From Podarcis melisellensis (taxonomy: Eukaryota): a stretch of DNA of 64,000 nucleotides. The notes under the pieces were generated by a model, which was given only the letters and a program-made list of their open reading frames with translations, ran no database searches and had not been told where the DNA came from. Every line of letters starts with the position of its first letter. Position 1 is the first letter of the stretch. The stretch lies in NCBI GenBank assembly GCA_964234715.1, contig OZ174277.1. One strand, written 5' to 3'. A program made the translations under genes and the position numbers. Shown here piece by piece: positions 37,401 to 50,322 of the stretch.

Positions 37401-40208
37401 AAAGGTGTTGTGTGCATAGGAGTATTAGGACGATGGAGATAGTGCCATTAACTTTGCCAAAATGAATGGAGGAGGAAGGGAACGTGGCTGAAGGAAGGAG
37501 AGCGATGGTGGCTTACGGTAAAATGTTCAAACTGTCAAATTCCTCCTGAAACAAATTAGCTGATTATAATCTTGTTGACATTTGGAGACCATCCAGGATT
37601 TCTTTTATCCCCCCATAAAGAATGACTTTTTTATTGTAGGAAACACAACTTTCCTTCCTAGCATCAGTTTTATATGCCTGACCCTTCAGGGCCAGATTAT
37701 TAGGTATGGGAGCCTTATGCAGAACCCTGATCTGAATCATCCTCTGCTCTCCCAGTACATGAGAAGAAGTTACATCCTTCTCTTTGCTAGCATTCACAAG
37801 CAGTTGCAGGCATGCAAACATAATCCCACGAGTCTGTTCCTCCTGCTGGCTAGTCAGCAATTTCTCAAGTTTTTCAGTCTCAGGAAGCATACCCACTACA
37901 ATCTCAGAACATGTTGACTTAAAAAACCATTTTCAAAACATTTGGTGACATAAGGAAGTCCAGTTCAGGAAGTGGAAGGAATGCACTCTTCATACCGGGA
38001 TTTCAAAAATGCTAACGTTGGCATATTTAAACTGTGTCATAAAGGGCGGAAACCAGGAGGTAATGAATGTTCATTCATGATTTATATGCCGCTTTTCCAC
38101 AAAAAAATCATGCTCTATGGAGCTCACAACAAAGAAACAGGGCCGTATTTCAAACAAACACTGCAAAAACAATCTAATAATAACATAGCAAAAATTTCAT
38201 AACAACATAGCAAAACAAAAATATAACAACATACCAAACAAACAATTCAAATACTATAAATATAGCAAGGCTATTGAAACAACATGCGGGATCCAATAGC
38301 AAAAATAACAGAGGAGACTCAGTTTCACCTTAGAAACACTCCTCCCATGAAATTGATCACTTATGTTCATACCGCATATGGTCTACTGGAAACTCAATGT
38401 GATATAGCGGTTCATGTCTATAAAGGGGGCCTGCCAAGCCCACAGGCTTAACCAGCCTCTAGGATTGTCAACTTTTGAATTAAAAATGCCAGTAACTGGA
38501 CAGAGTCAGAGCTCAGCAGGTTCTGGAAGGGGTCGAACGTAATTTTGGGGGGCCATAGTACAAACATGTAGCATGGGCTACATAAATATCATGTAGTCAT
38601 AGTCATGAAATCTAAGTTCCTATTACAATTCTGAAATTATATTTTCTACATTTCTGATGTTACTCCATGGCCCATACTGGGGCCATTCTACCATATCTCA
38701 ACCCATCCTTTTGCTATTTTTAATAATTCTAGAAGAGCCTGCTGGATCAGGCCAATGGCCCATCTAGTCCAGCATGCTGTTCTTGTAATGGCCAAACCAC
38801 AGTAAAGTAATACATTTATTAGGACCAACTAAAACGCCACAAAAAGACAGGGGGGGATTATTATTTTTTTTTTAGGGGAGATAGGGATGCTAATGCAAAA
38901 AATGCTGAAGACACAATGCTTTATCTCAGCTTTTGACACTTGGGGTATGTGTTTTAGGATTGTAAGATGACACCTGGGGTGTCTGTTTTTAGGATTGTAT
39001 TTTTTATGCTTGTAAGTTATAAACTGTTTTTTAATGTTGTATTTTGATGTTGTAACTCACTCTGGGACCTTAGGGCAGAGGTCAGGCAATAAATAAATGA
39101 ATAACAATAATAGCCTGGAGACTGACATGGGGATCATAACAGAAACTGCCTGGAATGATGTAAGGAGCCTATTCCCCACCCCACCCTACCCCTGAAAAAT
39201 ATGAAAATCTTGGAAAATAAAATCTTAAAGGTTACAATAAACCCTTATTAATTTCCAGGGCACTTCGATGAGAAATTCTATGTCACTATGGGAACTTGCT
39301 CTTGGCAAATATGGTAAAATGTTTAATTAAACTTAGCAAAGATATTTTTAGAGCAAGACCAAGACAGACAGAGAAGGAAGAAAAAGAGTGACAGAATCTT
39401 GGCAGATCAACAAAAGGAAAGAACACAAAAAGAAAAGGATTAGTGAAAATAAAGATCAAGCGAAGATCAAAAACTTTTATTGGCTAAATTCCAGAAAGCA
39501 TTTCCTACATTTTATAAGCAACTCTATTCTTAACTGTTTAGAACAGAGGAACTAGTTGATCTTCACCTAAAGGAATACTGACCACCCTCTGTGTTGGTGA
39601 ACAGAGGCCCTTATAGACACCAAACGAATATAGAACGAAGTACAGTTGTCAACTGACTAAAGTGTCATGTCCTGATATATTATATACTGAAGAAAAGTCT
39701 CATACAGAATGTGCTGGTCTGTTTGACTAACATGGTGGATGTCATTTATTTTGTTTGCTTTATAGCACTGGCTTTCAAGCTTTGTGCCCTCAATTAATTC
39801 TTCTTCAATTTGCCTGCTGAGGAAGGCTTGAGAGTTGCAGAGAATGCTGGGGCATGCTCTATGTCACAGTATCACTTTCTGCCGGCAAGTCATAGAATCA
39901 TAGAATCATAGAGTTGGAAGAGACCACAAGGGCCATCGAGTCCAACCCCTTGCCAAGTCCCATTAGATTTTGCCATTGCCTCACACAAGCTTGGTAAACC
40001 ACAGAACAAACCAAACACTGCCCTGCGGTAAATACTGTATAGGAAAAGCAACAGTGTTGGATGTTGATGATCTTTGTATGTACAGGACCTTGTATAAACA
40101 GTGAAGACGAAAATGAGCGCTTCATTTGAGTGATAAGACATTTTATATTATATGGAATAAGTGCATAGCCAGATTAACCAGTGACAGCATTACTGTATTG
40201 TAGCATTC

Positions 40209-40481
40209 TGTTGTTGTTGTTGTTTAGACATTTAGTTGTGTCCGACTCTTCGTGATCTCGTGGACCAGAGCACGCCAGGCGCTCCTGTTTTCCACTGCCT
40301 CCCAGTTTGGTCAAACTCATGCTGGTAGCTTCGAGAACACTGTCTAACCATCTCGTCCTCTGTCGTCCCCTTCTCCTTGTGCCCTCCATCTTTCCCAACA
40401 TCAGGGTCTTTTCCAGGGAGTCTTCTCTTATGAGGTGGCCAAAGTATTGGAGCCTCAGCTTCAGTATCTGTCTTTCCAATG
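40209..40481 (-). mobile_element. BovB LINE 3' fragment
   Basis: KLRLQYFGHLIREDSLEKTLMLGKMEGTRRRGRQRTRWLD on the minus strand with (GTT)n tail. Confidence 0.9.
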
Positions 40482-40557
40482 TAGTTGAGTAATATTATGA
40501 ACAGCTTAAATTTTGCAAATTTCTTCAGTGAAGCGTCTCAAAAGTATGTTAAAAGTA

Positions 40558-40732
40558 TGGTGATGGAGGAGACTCTTGAGAGTCCCATGGACTGCAAGAA
40601 GATCAAACATATCCATTCTGAAGGAAGTCAGCCCTGAGTGCTCACTGGAAGGACAGATCCTGAAGCTGAGGCTCCAATACTTTGGCCACCTCATGAGAAG
40701 TGAAGACTCCCTGGAAAAGACCGTGATGCTGG
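40558..40732 (+). mobile_element. BovB LINE internal fragment, opposite orientation
   Basis: RVPWTARRSNISILKEVSPECSLEGQILKLRLQYFGHLMRSEDSLEKT on the plus strand. Confidence 0.9.
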
Positions 40733-41581
40733 TTGGCCACATTTCACTTCCCCGGTGGTAGGAATGATGGGACTACCAAGTTCAGTATTAGAAGGAACAA
40801 GATGGGGCCTGTTAAGAATTGCAGGAAGGGGAAAACAACTGGGAAATCCATCTCTTAGCACAATGCTACCAGAAAGCTGAGCACTGGCATTAGATGAGTA
40901 CATCCCTGCGACATAGCCCTGCCTGAACTTCAATAGTATAATGGCTCTGAAGTCTGGGGCTAGATGAGAAGGAAGCTGTTTACTGAGACCTGAATCCAAG
41001 CAGCACAATGTGGCTTCTCCCACTGTGTTCAGTTGAAATACTGTTTCAAACAGATTCATCATTTACTTCTTCTAAGCCAACTAACACTCAAGTTGCCACC
41101 CTCACTATTTCTAATTCTTTCCTTTGCAGCTATCTTAACTTTCATCATTATTCAGATGATTCTGATGTTAAGCCAAATCATCTGTAATGGGGCCAAATCA
41201 TCTGCTGACTTGGGCCAAATCATTTGTTGCTACTAAAGCGGAGGACTATAGTAGTCATATTCTTGTAGCTTCTACAGTTTTGATTAGTCACCTGGAAGTT
41301 ATGCACCAGTAGTCTTCTGGTTATGATTGGAGTGCCTTTGGGATCTGCCCCACTAGTGCAGCTGTTAGTCATTGTTTCCGTTTAGGAGGGACTCTCCCTA
41401 CCACCTCCAATGGCCAGACAAATGCCACCGTGACCCCTCCAGAATATACAGTAGGTCTTGGTTAGATAAGAGCTGAGCCTGGAAAATAGGCTTTCACATC
41501 AATCACCTGCATTTGTACAATAAAGGTGGCCTAGAAATGTGTTTATCCAGCCAGGGTGGCCTAGAAATGTGTTTATCCAGC

Positions 41582-42255
41582 CAGGGTGGATAAAAATCAA
41601 TGATTTAAAAAAAAAATCACAAAGAAAAAAAAAAGATTTGATTTAAATCGGATTTTTAAAATAAAATGCTTTTGGGGGAAAAATATTTCTAAAGATAATT
41701 TTCTATTTAAGTTACATTATAGTCCAAAGGCTATTCATCAGTAAATAAGGATTTGTTTTAAGTTTTTCATGTGTGCTTAAACTCAGTATAAGTTTTTTTT
41801 TAAAAAAAACAACTGTTTAACCACATCAGTTAACAAACATGGATACATATGCTATAATGTTATTGTTTTAGTTAAATAAATTGTTTAAATTGTTATTAAG
41901 GAAATGATTGTTTTTCTCCTTCCAATTAAGTACAGCAGAAAAGTTGTCCAAATATAAGCAGTTAACTTATTAAACCTCACAATAATTTTATAATTATCAG
42001 TCTATGTATTTCTAATAGTATAACCAAATCAGTAATTTTTTATAGAACTGTAAAAATTACTCTGAAAATTTATTATTCTAAAAATGAAAACTTCCTCTGG
42101 TTGTAAATATTAAGATTATACCAGCAAGAATGGGTCTTTCTGTAAAAAAAATGATTTCAATCAAGTCTTATTGACTAGTGATTTCAATCAAGTCTTATTG
42201 ACTAGTGATTTAAATCATGATTTAAATCAATTTGATATAAATCAAATCCACCCGG
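41582..42255. mobile_element. AT-rich non-autonomous hAT-like DNA transposon
   Basis: TIR CAGGGTGGAT...ATCCACCCGG with multiple subterminal GATTTAAATC palindromes; internal 27-bp tandem duplication at 42152-42205. Confidence 0.75.
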
Positions 42256-43479
42256 AATGCAACACATGACCGTTCTTCCTGATTATTAGAAATAAGCTTT
42301 CCATTTGCCCAAATGTTTGCCTTCCATCTGCATTCAAGTGTGCAGGGGGGAAAAGCAAACATGTACTGTAATGCAGTTAGGATTATCTGAAGGCTGAATG
42401 CTCCTGGTGGTTCAAAGTCAGCCACTACCTTACAAACTCCCTGCCTCTGAAAATTGACAGGGAGAAAAGTTTAGGAATTATAGTTTCTGATATGGAGGTT
42501 TTTCTTATACATTGCTGTTGTTTTTTAACAGGTGGTTTTCAGAGTATTTAAATATACAGAATTGCAAGTCCCCTCCTGCAACAGGACATCCAATTGTTTC
42601 CCACAAGGGCACAGTGGCCACTTTGGGCACTGTGATATTGTACGATTTCACACCAAGATTTCCGCATGGTGCCCCAAAACATGTGTTATTTTGGCACTGA
42701 GAAAGTACGGCCAACCAAAAGCACATCTTTTAGGCTCCGTAATATTGTGCAAGTCATATGACTCACATAGGAGCACGGATGGGAAGATACGTATCCAGGT
42801 TTTGGGACTCAACATGTTGCAGGGTATGCCAAAGTAGTTCAGTCTGGAAAGGATTCCTTTTTGTTCTTGTTTTTACAACATAAGGCGGCATACATAACAA
42901 AATAAGATGCATTAAGGTACATTAAAATGATGAGATCAAGCATAGCCAACATTTTTAAGAGATCGGCTTATAAGATGGGCCAAAAGCCTAATTCAAATAT
43001 TTCCATAGAACATGTTAATTATACAAATCTTCTAAACAATTTCTAGGAAATAAGGCCTTTTGTACTTAATGCGTCTTACTTCCAAATAAACTTCCATGGA
43101 ATTCGTCTGTGAGACAGCTCAGCTGGCTCCATCATTCGAATGTGTCATAGAAAAGGCTAATTCTTAAGACTCATTTGGAAGGGCTGTACTGCAGAGGCCA
43201 AACGCAGTAGAGTTCTAAAACTGTGGGGCTGACATGGAGAAGGTTCTATGTTGTATCCAACAAAGTCATTCCCAGAGTGGAACCACCTCTGCTCATTCAG
43301 TGGAACTTCTCCCTATCTTCTCCCTCAACCTGTTTCCCAAAAACCAGAGGCTTAGGGGGAACCCCCAGAGCAGATTTGCGAGGTGCATGGGGGAGAAGAG
43401 TGTGGAAGTTACCTTATGTGTGTGAAAGTAGTTGCCGTCACACAATGTATTCTTTGGATACATCCCTTTATCTCTTGCT

Positions 43480-43770
43480 CAGTCTAACCTAATCAATCTT
43501 GCAGCAGGCAAACGAGCAGGGCCTCTGAAGATCTCAGCAAATGGATAAGATAGTACGGGTGAAGGAGGTCCTTATATTAATCTGTTCCAAAACTGCTTAG
43601 TGCTTTAAAGGTTAACACAGGCACTTTGAAATGGGCCCAGAAACAGCAACTGGTGCATGACTGTTGTTGCGTGCTCTAATTTTCTTGCATCTGACAACAA
43701 CCAGGTACTAGTTTTGCACCAATTGAAGCTTCTGAATTGTCTTCAAAGGCAACTCCATGAGGGCAATTGT
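43480..43770 (-). mobile_element. Degenerate L2 LINE fragment
   Basis: gctttaaaggttaacacaggcactttgaaatgggccc and ttttgcaccaattgaagcttc resemble the reverse of L2 FKVL/QLVQN segments. Confidence 0.55.
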
Positions 43771-45892
43771 AGTAGTTAAGCCTGCATATAAGTGGTGCAT
43801 GAGTAACTAAGGCTAAGGTTCAAGTGCTCTAAGTATGCAATTCCTACACTCCTAAAAATACTTCCCTGGTTACCACTATCACCTGAACCTCCATAGATAG
43901 TGACTAATCTAGAACCACAAGGCTGCAAGTCTGCCTTTCCGTGGGGACTGCAAACCTGCCCAGAACTGGTTGTACACCTACATCTAGATTGGCCAATTTC
44001 CCAACCCACAAGACTTCCACCATGGGTTAAGTTTCAGTTCAACCTCATCCAGCCCACCTGCATTCCAGAATCTTGAGGGTTTAATAGGCGGAAAATAGAG
44101 AGAGCTGTGTCTTGCTATATATATACACAGTATATATATTCTTTTGGCACATGGGGTTGCTGTATCTCCTACATTTTGTGTTAAGTTGTAAGATAACACC
44201 TGGTGCATTTCTAAAGTCCCCCCCTCCACAACTAAGATTCCAACCACAAAAGGCGGCTGTGGCTTTATAAAAATTGCTTCTTGTTGAGAGGTACATTCAA
44301 TGTTACCGTGAAAACATCTCAGACCTTCAGGCAGCTTATATCGGTAATGGGTTTGGAGAAAGCTAATTGTTGGGCCTTTTTTTATTAAAAAAAATCCAAA
44401 ACAAAACATGAAAGAAGAGATGCCACATAATTTTGCCATACTGTTCCTATAAAGGTCTATAAAACATAATTTCCAGTTCCAGTGCCCTTCTTCCTTGCAT
44501 TTTGAAGATATGGAAATAAAGGATAACAAAACAGGCAGGCAATTCCTCCTGACCTCTATTATTTATTATTAAGTATCATGAATTTTCATACCACTTAAGG
44601 GATCTATTTGAAATGCAAAATATTTATAATCTTAACAGCAGAACTGTTATATAGCTTGTACTGTTTCTGTTCTTCACGGCAGGAGTAAAGCAGCAGACTA
44701 AATAAATAAATAAATAAATAAATGGTGCCATTAGTGTGCCAGTAATGTCATCAAAAGATGTTCCCTACCTCAAGGAGTCTACAAACTAAATTAAGGCGAG
44801 GAGGAAGAAATGTATCAGAATAGAGAAGCTCATCCAATATTGGCAACAAGAATTTTCAGAGCAGATCTGGTGATTTATAAGAACTCTGTTTTAAATAGGA
44901 AACCTCATGTATTGATTCCCAATATCAGAGAGCATATCAATAGAATATTGTTTTTCATTCAGATTAAGTGTGTGTTCATTCCATCCCATGATCTGGAAAC
45001 AAAATCCACATTTTGCCTCCTTGGCAAAACACAAGTCCTTGGCATCTCACCTATTGATGTTCAGATTAATTCATTCAGCAATGTACTGAAGCATGAGCTA
45101 TTGACTGTTTTGCACAGTATGCTATAAAATATTAAATCTCCTGTCATGAAAGAATCAAGGGTTTGTTGTGAAGCGAAAAACAACATAGCCAGCCCATAAC
45201 TATAGCTCTTCATTCCTAGGAGGGAACAAGCTGTTGTTCCTTATTCCTCTCAGCAGGTACAACTTGCCATGTGACAATGCTTACAAACACACACTTTTCT
45301 AACCCAGGAAAACTATTTGTTCACAGAATGAAGTGTGCGAGAGGCGCATTCAGCAAGAGACTATAAATAATCACATATGCATATCCCTTGAACAGACTGT
45401 CAATTTAAGCATTCTCATGTGCAGAAAATGTGTTACTCTGAAGTAACACTTCCATCCATTCACTATCCCAGTGTAAGTTTTCTCCCAGTGCTGCTGATCT
45501 AAAGAGATCATGTGTAAATAGTTTTTACAAGTGCTTAACCTTGTCACCTTTTGTTAATCTGCTTAATACTGCATGAGCAAAAAAGTTCAGATCAGAGGAG
45601 CACAGAAGTTAACTGGCTAACAGCCCAATTCTAAACATGCCAATGCAGAAGTAAGTCCTATTGAGTTCAAGGGGAACATGCAATTAGTATGCTTTGGGAT
45701 TTAAAACAGTTTTTAAAAACAGTTCACTGAGAGAAGAGACTTTGCTCTCATTAGAGGTGGACATATTCATTGCCTCCTCTAAGAAATGTTATCAGTTTTG
45801 TTCAATAGTTTATTGTGTACAGTAGAAGTTCATGTTATATGTGGGTTTCCCTACTGTACTCAGGAATTCTGCAGACTTAAGAAAGTGGAATA

Positions 45893-46130
45893 GAGTGGTA
45901 CCTTGGGTTATGCTTCAGGTTACATACGATTTAGGTTACAGACTCTGCTAACCCAGAAATATTACCTCGGGTTAAGAACTTTGCTTCAGGATGAGAACAG
46001 AAATCGTGCTCCGGTAGCGCAGCAGCAGCAGGAGGACCCATTAGCTAAAGTGGTGCTTCAGGGTAAGAACAGTTTCAGGTTAAGAACGGACCTCTGGAAC
46101 GAATTAAGTACTTAACCTGAGGTACCACTG
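45893..46130. mobile_element. Tc1/mariner-type MITE, family A
   Basis: GAGTGGTACCTT...GAGGTACCACTG, TA flanks. Confidence 0.88.
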
Positions 46131-46715
46131 TAGATGTTACTGGGATGTTATTGCGATCCCCTATTGGAAGGGAGATTTATTTTCACATAGGGCAGCATTC
46201 AAAAATCTGTTTCTTTGTGTGCTTAGTTCTTTTACTTGAAATGATTTGTTAAAAGGCACCCTCATCAACCATCTGGAGTGATACAGTCCCAATCTACCAC
46301 TTTTATTACTCAGACATGGAGTTACAATTCCCAGCACCCTTAACAAACTACTGATCTTCCAATATATTTGGCTCTTATGTAACGGAAGCAGCAGTAAAGA
46401 CCAAGGGATCTGATACTTAGGTCTAGAAACATAATCAAGTAGAGAAATATAATCAAATGCATTCTTAACCTGGGAGTTAAGTTTCACTGAACTCTGTAGG
46501 ACTTGTACTCAATCGTAGCTAGGCATGTATATTCAGAAGTCAATCAACCAACCAATATTTCCACTTTCCTTGTCTTTTACTCAGTAGTTTGTAGTGATTA
46601 TCTCATTTTCACTTCAAAAACACTTATAGGAGGAAAAGCCTGCCTATCTGTAGTAATGAGTTTCTAACTTTGAATAGCACTGGAGACAAGATAAAAGCCA
46701 AAGTTATATCCATTA

Positions 46716-46958
46716 CAGTGGTTACCTCCAGTTACAGACACCTTGGATTACAGACACTTCAGGTTACAGACTTCGCTAACCCGGAAGTAGTACCTAGAGT
46801 TAGGAACTTTACCTCGGGATGAGAATGGAAATCTCGCGGTGGTGGCATGGGGGCAGCGGGAGGCCCCATTAGCTGAAGTGGTACCTCAGGTTAAGAACAG
46901 TTTCAGGTTAAGAACAGACCTCCGGAACAAATTAAGTTCTTAACCAGAGGTACCACTG
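46716..46958. mobile_element. Tc1/mariner-type MITE, family A
   Basis: CAGTGGTTACCTC...GAGGTACCACTG, TA flanks. Confidence 0.88.
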
Positions 46959-48175
46959 TAGACCACAGTGGCATTATATTGCTGTTAAACACCAGTCTCA
47001 TCAATGAGGCTAGTCTCATTGATTTATTTATGTGTGTTACTTTGTTAAATCTCAGTTTAACAACAGTTGCCAAATTAAGTAGCATTGTGCCCAGTACATG
47101 CATTCTTGGCGAAAAAAAGTCACTGGAATTGCTCCCAATAGTAATTGTTATCTTATGACAATTATCTATAATTGACAACTTAATATTTCCTTATTTACAT
47201 TATGGTCAAGGTGCATGAATTAAATATTTAAACAAAGGCTGTTCTATGGTCTCTTTACTTTCCATTGCCTGCTTAAGACATGGTGTGTTATGTGTGACTG
47301 ATTAGATACAATACTTCAAACTTTGACTTGTATAGCAAAAAGAATGAAAAGAGATTACAGATACTTAGCCAAACAACTATTATAGAATACAGGTTAATTT
47401 AATATCTGAAGATTTTGCTGAAGTTAGAAAAAACTGGTTAAAAAGCATTTTCAATGCAAAATAATGCTTTAATATTATTTGGGGCGAAGCCATTTTATTT
47501 TGCAAACTCCTCAGAAAACATAATTCAAATCTTTGTGGCTTTTAAATTAAAACATGTTGCTTTTGAGTGATGTGACAATTAATGTTCATTGCTGTTTATC
47601 ACTGATTAGCTTTTTAAGTACATTTTAGCATGCTTTATTATCTTAATCATATTAGCAGTCTGATCCTATCCTCGGTTATAGAACATTGAAATTGAGCTGA
47701 CAGTTTAAGGCCATTCAGATTTCCAAATTTGTTTGCTTAATTATGGTGCAAACAGTGGTACATGACTGTGTAGACTGGTTCAGGAAGAGGTTTGCATAGA
47801 ATCCTCTGCTAAAATGGAGGGGGGGTCTTTTGTTTTAACTCTGCCTTGCAAGGTGCTTTGAAGTCCCAACGTCAGGACTTCAAAGCACCTTCAGTCTGAT
47901 GCCATTGTGATGTCAGGTGATTAACAGGTGGACAGAACCACCCACGTGTCAAATTTGGCCTATGAGGCTAATTTTGATAAGGATTTGTCCCATGCAGCGA
48001 GAAAGGTTCCCCATCTCTGATGTAGGAAAAGGTTGATTTAAACCAGAATGTCCACAGGTGGGTTGGAGGCCCTCATCCATCTTTGTGAAACAGTGCAGCA
48101 CCACTGAAGGAAGTGACTGATGGCCTTATGCATACATCAAAGTTCAACAAGCCTTTTATAACATAGTTGTGTACC

Positions 48176-48369
48176 CATTGAGTCAATCACCCATCTCCTA
48201 CTACCCTCCTGAGAAAACCCCCACCCTCCCACTATATATAAGGGTCTGGTGACTTCTGTTTCAGTGTATCTGAAGAAGTGTGCATGCACACGAAAGCTTA
48301 TACCAAGAACAAATTTAGTTGGTCTCTAAGGTGCTACTGGACATTTTTTATATTTTTTTGTATATTTCG
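48176..48369 (+). mobile_element. Penelope-like retroelement terminal (pseudo-LTR) remnant
   Basis: tatatataag...ctgaagaagtg...cacgaaagctt...ttagttggtctctaaggtgctac is the typical reptile Penelope terminus; perfect 13-bp TSD ATAGTTGTGTACC at 48163-48175 and 48370-48382. Confidence 0.82.
48266..48303 (+). ncRNA. Minimal type-I hammerhead ribozyme-like motif within the Penelope remnant
   Basis: GTAT-CTGAAGA-A-GTGTG(CATG)CACAC-GAAA-GC-T-T-ATAC: both catalytic boxes, stem II hairpin, stem I GTAT/ATAC and palindromic AGCT mini stem III. Confidence 0.6.
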
Positions 48370-48622
48370 ATAGTTGTGTACCTGTGAGCACAATTAGATA
48401 GATGTATTTGCAGCACGATTAAACAGCCATTTATTGGCCTCCTGTTGGCAATCTATTCACATAAGTTTGCCAGACTAACTTGGACTGGTGCACCCAGAAA
48501 GCCTGCACTTGTAAGTGGTTCGAGAAATGCAGGTGGCACAGTAAAACCATGCAAGGCCTTCCACTGGCTACAAATGGGCAAGTGTGACATCTGGCATTGG
48601 AGGAATATGGGAGTGGTTATAT

Positions 48623-48762
48623 CAGTGGTGTAGCGTGGGGGGTGCAGGGGGGCTGGCCGCACCAGGCGCAACACCTGGGGGTTAGGGGGCGCAAATCCAT
48701 AGGTTAGGGGGCGCAAATTACTTGCCTTGCCCCGGGTGCTGACAACCCACGCTACGCCACTG
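48623..48762. mobile_element. hAT-type MITE
   Basis: TIR CAGTGG(T/C)GTAGCGTGG; perfect 8-bp TSD GGTTATAT at 48615-48622 and 48763-48770. Confidence 0.92.
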
Positions 48763-50322
48763 GGTTATATTCGGTGGCATCACATCCTCAGTGCTAGGAC
48801 CCTCGCAAACCATTCAAAACCACAGTTCAGAACACAGTAATGTCAATAGAGATCCCACTAGAACAAGCACCACATGCAGGAGCTTGTGTATGTGGCAGGA
48901 AGTGTAACATCAGACACAAAAAGACCCTCCACAAGCTGTTCCTCAAAACAAAGCCTCCTGACTTAGGACATGGCTTCCCACAAAGAATCCCAGTAACTGA
49001 AGTTTGTTATGGTTGCAGAGACTTGTAGCTCAGGGAAGAGGGTAAATTAGTATCCAGGTTTCTATCTGGGAAGCCACGTACTTTAAAAGTATTGCGTGTA
49101 TGCAGCCCAATGGGACAGCAAGAGCCGTCATTAGGAAAGTACAGTGGGCAGATGAACAAAGAGAATATCTGTCCATCATTGCACAGGAACTGTTCACCAT
49201 GTAAAGATGTGATGATGAGAACTAAATAGAATTGAAGCCAAAATAGACTAGCTTGCAGGGGTGAAGTATTTATCCTCATCTCTGTAACTGTGAGAGTTAT
49301 GAAGACTTCCAAAAAGGTTTACTTTACATGTGGCATTTTTCCCATATGGAAACAAGCACCATGTGACACCCACCCGCTTCTCTTTTGGTCACAAACACAC
49401 ACACTGAAATATTTAGGCATATTGTGTTTAACACTACAAGAAAATTGCCTGAAGGGTTTTTTTCTTAGCATGTTTTTCTTAAAAGTTGTGGGCAGTGTGT
49501 CTCATTATCAAGACCTTGCATATTTTCAATATCCACCCAACTTTGTGGTATTACTATAATTTTTTTCAAGGGTAGAGTGACAAGCACATTGATATAAACA
49601 AAATCATTATACTGCAGGGATGATCTTTTATCAGATAGGTTTTCAAGTAGATTTATAAAATGGAGAATACATCTGTCATAGATTAGTTATTCAGATAGCA
49701 CAGTTGTTCTAGCAATGAGTAATAATAGATTCTTTATGTTTAAGACTTTTGAAATTTAAACATGCTAACAAACTGATGATTTAGTTCTTTCCCCCTGGTT
49801 ATCACATTCATTGAATGAAGCTGGTGTTTACTGTTCAAGTTTTATGTTCCTTAGGATCTTTCTCCCTTCTCTTTGGAGACTTGTTCCAACCCCCTTCCCC
49901 CATATGAGGTAAGGTGGGTTGCACCCATTTGGTGGATTCCCTTCCCCAGAGCTTGCCTGGCCCCAAAAATTTTATCCTTTCTGCACCGGATGAAAACATC
50001 CCGCCCCCCGGCTTTTTGGTGCAGTAACTATGTAAAGCACTATCACAAGCATTTTGCAAACAGAGAACGTAAGCTAAAGGAAAATGACATGCTGCCTCGT
50101 TCCATAACATAGGGTAATTTTTTAAAAAGGGATTTGAAATGAGGGCTCTGTGAGCAAAGTACTATTCTTTACCACCAGTAAACTGTCATTTATAAAACTG
50201 AAAAAATTATAGTAGCCACTTTGGACTTTGTTACTGGGAGAACCAGTGTAGCTAAAACTTAAGTGTTAAGGCTAGAATGAGGGCACTTGCTTTCAAATCT
50301 CCCTCCATGACTTGACCATATA

